This document shows positions 56,908 through 64,000 of a stretch of 64,000 bases of DNA, piece by piece. This stretch comes from Oculina patagonica (taxonomy: Eukaryota), in NCBI RefSeq assembly GCF_052425735.1, contig NC_135761.1, forward strand, positions 3,844,001 to 3,908,000, given 5' to 3'. Under the pieces are notes generated by a model. The model worked only from the letters and a program-made list of their open reading frames with translations, did not search any database and had not been told where the DNA came from. Numbering within the stretch: position 1 is the first letter of the stretch; each line of letters starts with the position of its first letter. The position numbers and the translations under genes are program-made.

Positions 56908-57751
56908 CCAGTTCCATAACTATTACAGTCAATGAACTTTCAATATATTTAGTAATATCGACTTTATTAATTCTGTATGGACTATATATTCAGAATTTAG
57001 TACGTAATTATTAACCATTAGCACACATGTCGTGGACGACAGTGTTAAGCAGGGGAGTGTGTGACCAGGTTCACAAAAAAACGTGACACTGCATTTTTAG
57101 TATAAATTTAGAATTACAGTTTAGTAGAAACTATTTCCTTTCTTTACTGAATCAACCCACATAATCTAACCACACAGGATTTACATCATGAATTTCCTAT
57201 ATGTCACACCACCACACCTTGTATTAGAATCATAAGAATTTCCTTCTATTGTTTGTCTCCTAATAAAAGAAGTGCAGTTAGTTAGTTTAATTCAGTAGTT
57301 CAAAGTGTTCAAGACCTGCACTTACAAGCTGAGGACCCCTTGGTCAAGTACAGTACTATTCCTTGTGACCTAAGTCAGTGATTCATTTCACTCAGGATTT
57401 TGTTTGCAATCACCCTTTTTCTTTTTGTAATCTGTATTCCTGCATAAATAAATTTTATTGTGGCTATAAGTCTGATTTGTTGTTCACTAACAACACCAGA
57501 ACCTGCCTCGGTCACATCATGCAGGCACTGCCTGTTCATGCCAAGTAAGATGTTGTTCACCTGTTGTTTATTGACTTGATTATTCCTCGCGAAGCGAGGC
57601 CGAAGGCCGAGCGTAGCGGGGTGTATAATTTTGTCCCTCAAAGGGATCAGGCGGGATGAAATCTCGTGTGGAGTTTACGGTCATATATATTTCTATATAT
57701 ATATATTTGTGAGCTTGGTGTGTGGCGGAAATGACGTCACACGGCCGCCGC

Positions 57752-57845
57752 GCGCTGGTGGCCTAATGGTAAGGCGTCGAACTTGAAATCAGATCTTCGG
57801 AACTGAGGTCGGGGGTTCGAATCCGGCTAGTTTTTTTTTTTTTTC
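57752..57845 (+). other. tRNA-derived Pol III-like unit (SINE head or pseudo-tRNA)
   Basis: A box TGGCCTAATGG (57759-57769), B box GGTTCGAATCC (57814-57824), poly-T; no complete cloverleaf. Confidence 0.5.
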
Positions 57846-58420
57846 TTTTTTCTTTCTTTTTTTTTGTGGGTTCGAATCCTGAGCCTTTCATTTTTATCGT
57901 TTTTCTTTTCGGATTAAAATAACATTGATTTCCACATAATACTCCCTCAACGCCTATTCAGGCTATAAATCTTTCATCGCCATCAGGGGCGCGCGGGCGG
58001 AGGCTTCGCATCCTCCTGCCGTTCGTTCTTTTTTTTTTTTTTAATGCCATCAAATAAATGTCCAAAATGCGACTATCCAATAATTTGTCGATGATTTTGA
58101 AAATAACCTGCGCTTCCCAACGCTTTATACCTCTTTACGAACCAGAAAAGCCACCATCTTCAAAGCGGAGTAGACCCTGGGAACGAGGGTGTCGCGGCCA
58201 TGCCCGTTGAAATTTCTAACAAATATATCTTCCTGCCTACTGTGGAAAATTGAATATGTACAATTCAATAAATGTTCAACTTCAAACAATCCACTCCTTA
58301 TTTATAACCCCCCCCCCTCCCCAACCCAGAGCTTCGCGAGGCCCTGCGAGTCACGTATTACTAGTATATATTTTTAAGCCAGTTTTGATAAGCTTAAACA
58401 TGATGTCGAACTGCACTTAC

Positions 58421-58449
58421 CCTCCTGACAGCCCAGCTGCTGTCGCCAT
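58421..58449 (-). CDS. Paralog B, coding exon 1 (start micro-exon MATAAGLSGG; exon with UTR 58421-58510)
   Basis: ATG GCG ACA GCA GCT GGG CTG TCA GGA GG|GTAAGT, phase 2, in frame with 40167; context homologous to 6780-6930. Confidence 0.75.
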
Positions 58450-60729
58450 TAATTGATTTCTCACATCATGTTCAGGTTACGAGTGATTACCGTGCTGTAA
58501 AAGGCACACCCTGCAGTAAGACAGTGATACTTTGTAACTAAACTGATACTTGCATTAACTCAACAATCATTGAGTAATTATTATTCCACAGCCTTGCTCT
58601 TAAATCATGATCTTTAAAACCCAAGCAGAAGGTGCTCACTTAATTAAATAATTAAGCTTTAAGCTGTATCTTATTTGCTTATTTGTCTTAAAATATATTT
58701 GTATGGATCGATTTTGCCATTTTTGATCTAAAATTTGGCAGGCCCATAGCCAGGATTTTAGAAGGGGTGCATGAGAGCAGCATAGGTATAATAATGAGTG
58801 CCACAGGCCCAGCTTGTAGGGATTTTAATAGCCTGCGTGGCAGGCGTAAAAAGGGGAGGGAAAAGGAGAGGGGAAAAGAAGGGGAAGAGGGAACGCCTGC
58901 CGTAAGAACCCGGTATTTTGCATAACGCCCATCAATTTTCCGGTAATCCAATTTAGTAACTGTCAGTTAACTGTTAGTACGTTAACCAATCAGAACCCAG
59001 CGCACGCTTCTTAGACACGCAGGAATGTCTGTTTCCCGGGACTCCGGAAGCGCAAGCATTTTTGTGCAAAGTAGAAAATCTCACCTCGGGACAGCCATGA
59101 TTTAACATGAAAATGTCCGCAACTCCTTCAAAGAGTTCAAAACGGGCCGAAAAAAGAAAGAAAACAAATTCAATGATCGCTGTTGATTCTGTGCTGTTAT
59201 ATTTGAAAGTCCATTTTAGTTCGATTTTGGCAAATGAAATATTGGTTGTGTCATATCATCAAAATATAACCAAGAAGTTTGATACCTTAATGATACAACA
59301 GAATTCTTGTCTGTCACGGTGTATAAGAATTATGTACATATCAGTGGCAGATCCAGAGCTTGAACAAAGGGGGGGGGGGGGGGGGCTATTTTTTTGTATA
59401 TATACACCCCCAAAAAATATTTAGTGGGGCAGTCATTAAAAAACCAACAGCCCCCAGGGACCTCCCCTATAGCTCCACCACTACATATAACATGCTCCCT
59501 CTGTGCTCAACCTCAGCTGATCTGACCTGGGAGAGGGAGGCGGGACATGCAAGGCAGGCTTCTGATTTACATTTCCCATTAAAACACATTGCAGAATTTC
59601 CTTAGTCACACTGACTCCTTCTATGTACAAATCGAGTCATTTCAAAAATACGCCAAATTGGGTGTATTAATTTTGCACATCATGCCAGGAATTCTAATTT
59701 AGGACTTGATGAAAAAATGAAAAATCCGAACGGGAGGGGGGCTAACGATTATGGAATTCCGAGGGCATGGGGGGGGGATAATGCATTTTGCAATTTCCGA
59801 AGGCAAGTGGGACTAAAATATGGAAGCCATCCGTGGTATGGTATGGATATTTTCTGGAATCGCCCTTTACCACATAATTTACCTTGAACCCCACGTATTA
59901 TTATAAGAATCTTATGAACCCCTTGCCTTATTTTTGGAATTTCTAAGTGTTTTAATTTCCCTCTAGCAAGGGTTAAAAATCCCATGAAATCTCTCTGACT
60001 ATTCCCCGACAAATAATTAAGGTGGCCGAAATATACAGTTTCTATGTGGCTCAAAGGCGCGCGCTACGATTTTCTGCTTGACATCAATATTACTCGTGCG
60101 GGCTAAAATTGCGCTAGCAACTCTAAACAGAAACCAAAACAAGTTCCAGCTCCTTTACCGCGCTTGACCAAATTTGTATACAAGAGAAAACTTCAAAATA
60201 CTTCGCGATAGGTCTTTAAACCAGAGACAGAAACAATACGTCAAAAAGGTAGATAAACAACCATCAGAGGAGTTCTAATTCTGTCTTCCATTATCGCTCG
60301 TGACGCATGGTGTCATATTAGCGCATGCTCGCATATGCATTTCCATTCTCTTCGGAGATCGTAAAAGCTAGATTTTGATCCAGTTTTTCTTGAAAACCTA
60401 CGTACAACCTATTATGAAACTTTCAAAATTAATTTTAAGGGGTGAACCATGTCCACAGCCAAATTTTTAAAAGCTATTGAGCTATTTTTAAAATTGGCAA
60501 AATATCACATTTTCCTATTTTGCCAAAAATCTGTCTTACAGATTTTTATATTATTTTGCATGAATGTTTATCAGAGCCAATTTCAAATTTCTGAAATTTT
60601 GAGGTAGGGTCATACAGGTAGATTTTGAGAAAAATGCCATTTCAACTTCTAGTGCCAGTCCCCTTTGAGCACTCGGCTGTTCTTTTTTGGCAGTTTATTA
60701 GCATTTTTATTTTCCAAATGTCGCATACT

Positions 60730-61062
60730 ACTAGAATTCCGGTTATAAGCCCCCCCGCTTATAAGCCCTCCCGGTTATAGGCCCATCATCCTGGAAACAA
60801 AAAAATACATCCGGTTATAAGCCCCCCCCGGATATTAGCCCCCTCTACCAGATAACAGTACTGAATAGGGCTAAATGTTGCTTTATTATGTGTTTTTAAC
60901 TTAAAAACGTATTTCCATCAACACTCCCGTGGCTCGTTTTGAAACGTTTTTTTCATTCCGCTTATAAGCCCTCCCGAATATAAGCCCCTCCGCTTATAAG
61001 CCCACTCAAAACCCCTTACGAAGTTGTATAAGCCCAGGGCTTATAACCGGAATTCTACGGTA
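60730..61062. mobile_element. Tc1/mariner-type MITE with internal ATAAGCCC repeats
   Basis: TAGAATTCCGGTTATAAGCCC ... GGGCTTATAACCGGAATTCTACGG|TA; related partial copy ~20346-20630. Confidence 0.6.
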
Positions 61063-64000
61063 TGTTGGTTTTAGGACGTAACAGACAGTAATAAGAGAAT
61101 GATAAAACATTTCTGGAGATTGTACAAGAGAGATAAAAATTGATATAAGCTTAATTATCTGCGGTCGGCATGAGTTTCAAACGACAAAAAATGTGAACTT
61201 GACATGATAAGTTAGGTCAATTAAGAGATGTTTCAGAGGAATTGAATACTTATTGGTAAGGTTGTACCTTTGCCTATCTGAATGACTACTCTGGCTCTTT
61301 TCTGAACTTTCGCCTAGATGTGCAAAAATTCACATCGACAGTCCAACTTATTTATGATTTATCCATAACAAAACCTCCACAGAGGCAGCAGCAATTAACT
61401 GCTTATTTAATGCTTTCAACTCACCTTCCAATGTTTCTCTGTGTTTCGCGGGCCAAAAAGCTTTACAAATACAAAATATTGCTCAACTTGAGCTCGTTTC
61501 GTTCCACACACAACGAAAACGAAACCAACTTCCGGGATGGTCCTCGTCCCTAGTTTCTCACGGTCACTGGAACTCCATTTATGGCGAGGGTCCTGAGCGT
61601 ATCACGCGCCCTAAGGCCCCGCTCTAAAAAGCTCCCTGATGGAAGTCTTACGTTGACCCATTGGCGCTGGAATTTTCTTTGCAAAAGCACATTTTTTTGT
61701 ACACTTTTTGGACATTTTTTCCCTTTTTGCTGCAGTTGTTGGCCTTCCAAAGGGCTTGCTGGCAGTTCAAGTTTACCGAGAAAGCATCATCTAAACAGGA
61801 AATTCTTGCCGTTGAAAAGCCATGCTTGAGGCAAATTTTCTTCCGAGGTTTTCATTAAAATTTCTAAGCATTTTTGAAGGTATTGTAGGTATTTCAAGCT
61901 CAATTGACCCAATCATTCTAATCTGGGTATCATTGGAAAGATCTTTTCGTTCTGCAGAGATTGAGTGTATAAAGGTATTAAAGTAGATCTAGATTAGAGG
62001 TAATTAGGAAAAGCTCTCCTAGTAATGAGCCCTTAAAACCCCTTTCCTTAAAAAACCCTTGTATTATTCTAGGGCTTATAACCGGCACTCTCATGGCATG
62101 CTAAAATGGCATATGTGACATACCTAAACCGCGCGTCGAAGGACTTTGAGAAAGTCTACGTCCCTGTGAACACTGAGCATTTCGTAACAGGAGGGATGTT
62201 ATTTTTCCAGTCTGAATTGGAAGGGCGCGGAGGGTAGTTGTGGGTGAAATAAGGAAAGGTGGAGGCAAAAACTGGCATTAGCGTTTCTTGATGGATCAAT
62301 GTTACTAAAGCTGGGTTACATTTTGCCTTAGCATTAAAACAAGTGGTTTACTAATACTATATTTACTTTTATTTAAGTCAATACAATTTGATACTTTGGT
62401 CTACACGAGACGCTTACAATATTGCTGCCACTGGTTATCGACAACGTCCCGTTTCAAAATATTTCTATGGTTCTTGATAATATTATACAAAGCCAGAGGC
62501 TTCAGCCTGTTCTTTTTCGCCTCGTGTCTGTTCTACTGCTCAGCCTCGTTACCAAGAGTCCTCCCTCATGCCCAGGAATCACGGTTACCGGGCCGCAGGT
62601 GCCACACATTTATATTTTTCCATTTGTTTTTGTATATTCGTGCTTGTTTCCACATTTTTACCATAAAACAAGTGATAGGCTCGATAAGAAGAGATAGGGA
62701 GCATCTGAAGACAGAGGTTGGTTCTTTATTTGTTTCGTTGTATTAGATCACACTGACGGCAGTATAATTCTGTTCTGACAACTTGATGTCATTCGCCGAT
62801 GTTCTTGTGGCACCTTTCTTTCGCCCACGTGAACAAACTTTAAACTTGTAAAGAACGACAGCTACACAAAGTATAATGAAGGCAAGAACTGCAGCGCTGA
62901 TTATTAAAGCAATCTCTGTGCCTGTCAGGCCTGCAACGATGACAAATATTCTGCATCAGTAAGTTAACAAGATGCTATACACACGCAAAAACTACTAGAA
63001 GAAAATTTAGATATTAACAATATGTCTTGGTGAGAGATATGGGTAAACAGTTAGAACTCCCTCTTCCCGCTCATTTTCATTCAAAGTAAGAAACACGACT
63101 TAGTTTCGAGACCAAAAATTCTACTTGAATAGAGGAAGTGTCTTTGATTGTTTGCTCTTCGTGCGCGAAAATTCATAACCGAGGAAGCGATGCTACAACA
63201 CAGCCTGATAATTAAAAGGCATTTTGCCGCTCGAATTTCAGACGCGTGTCTCGCGGGAGTTCAGAGGAGCATGTGACGAAAAACGTTTTATATTTTTATT
63301 TTAGGCCAGCTATGGCAGTCCCATTACTCTTTTCGAAGGCAATAACAAGAGTCACGCGAGGGGGAAAGAAATAGTCACGCGAGTCACGCAGTGCTTCGAG
63401 GAGGCCTTGGAGTCAAGAAGCAAACACAATCACGCGAGTCATACAATGTCTTTGTGGCAGACAGGGGGAGGTAAGACATTCACGTAAGTAGCGCGATGTG
63501 TTTGCAGGATGCTGGGACAAGTTAAGAACAATAATGAGAGCAAAATATATACCTTCATGTCGACTTCCAGCCGGTTGAGCAGTAACAGCGGAGTTAACGG
63601 ATTCAGTAGTTACTCCTGATGATTAACAAAACATAAACATGTGAAAATACTACACTGAAATAATGCAATAAATATGATAATTAAAGACCCTGGAGTTTAG
63701 GCCTTAAGGGGGTAGTATCACGGGGATTTTGTGTAACTTCAAAAGTTAAAAAAACCTTCAGTGTTAACGGAAACTTTAAATAATGGGCCAAGTTCGTTAT
63801 AAATTACCACCAAGTGTACTAAAACTATCGACGAGTGTTTCTGGCCATGGGTGGAAAGGGTCGAATAACCGTCGAAATGAATTACAACTTAATAAATTCC
63901 GGCGGAAGTTTTCAAGTACTATATCAAACGCGAGAGGCAGTGGTTCATCGGGATATCCAAACACAGAGAAGAGAGTTGAAAATACGACGCGAAGCGGAGT

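Larger units (their letters stand above)
41771..57516 (+). mobile_element. Internally deleted Gypsy LTR retrotransposon with 5' LTR interrupted by a Helentron
   Basis: 3' LTR 57060-57516; 5' LTR split into 41771-~42141 and ~54672-54766; 4-bp TSD TCAT; PBS TGGCGCTGCGAGCAGG (tRNA-Ser-like, 54769-54784); PPT AGGGGAG. Confidence 0.9.

Noticed and set aside
57752-57830. Functional tRNA gene
   Set aside because: A/B boxes present but acceptor and anticodon stems cannot be formed convincingly

Overview
Eukaryotic (animal) genomic DNA with spliced genes and dense transposons; the repeat and protein families suggest a marine invertebrate such as a cnidarian/stony coral (inference). The backbone is a tandem pair of paralogous minus-strand genes. 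Copy B (24191-58449) can be reconstructed exon by exon as: start micro-exon, HEPN-like (CXorf38/DUF4559-like, RxxxxH) domain, coiled coil, NACHT/STAND NTPase, WD40 repeats. This is an NLR-like receptor with a putative RNase effector, but its last exon carries about 5 reading-frame breaks. Copy A (ATG at 6838) has the same first three coding exons and runs off the left edge. Introns and intergenic DNA hold two young, intact Bel/Pao LTR retrotransposons and an internally deleted Gypsy element. The Gypsy 5' LTR is split by a ~12.5 kb Helentron encoding a 2A-like peptide, OTU, Rep, PIF1 helicase and AP endonuclease, plus an RPA-like gene and an 88-bp tandem array. Also present: two CACAGG-ended foldback elements with 7-bp TSDs (P/Galileo-like), TAG-ended MITEs with 9-bp TSDs, nested MITEs and a 500-N gap. 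All calls are from reading the sequence by eye; no searches were run.
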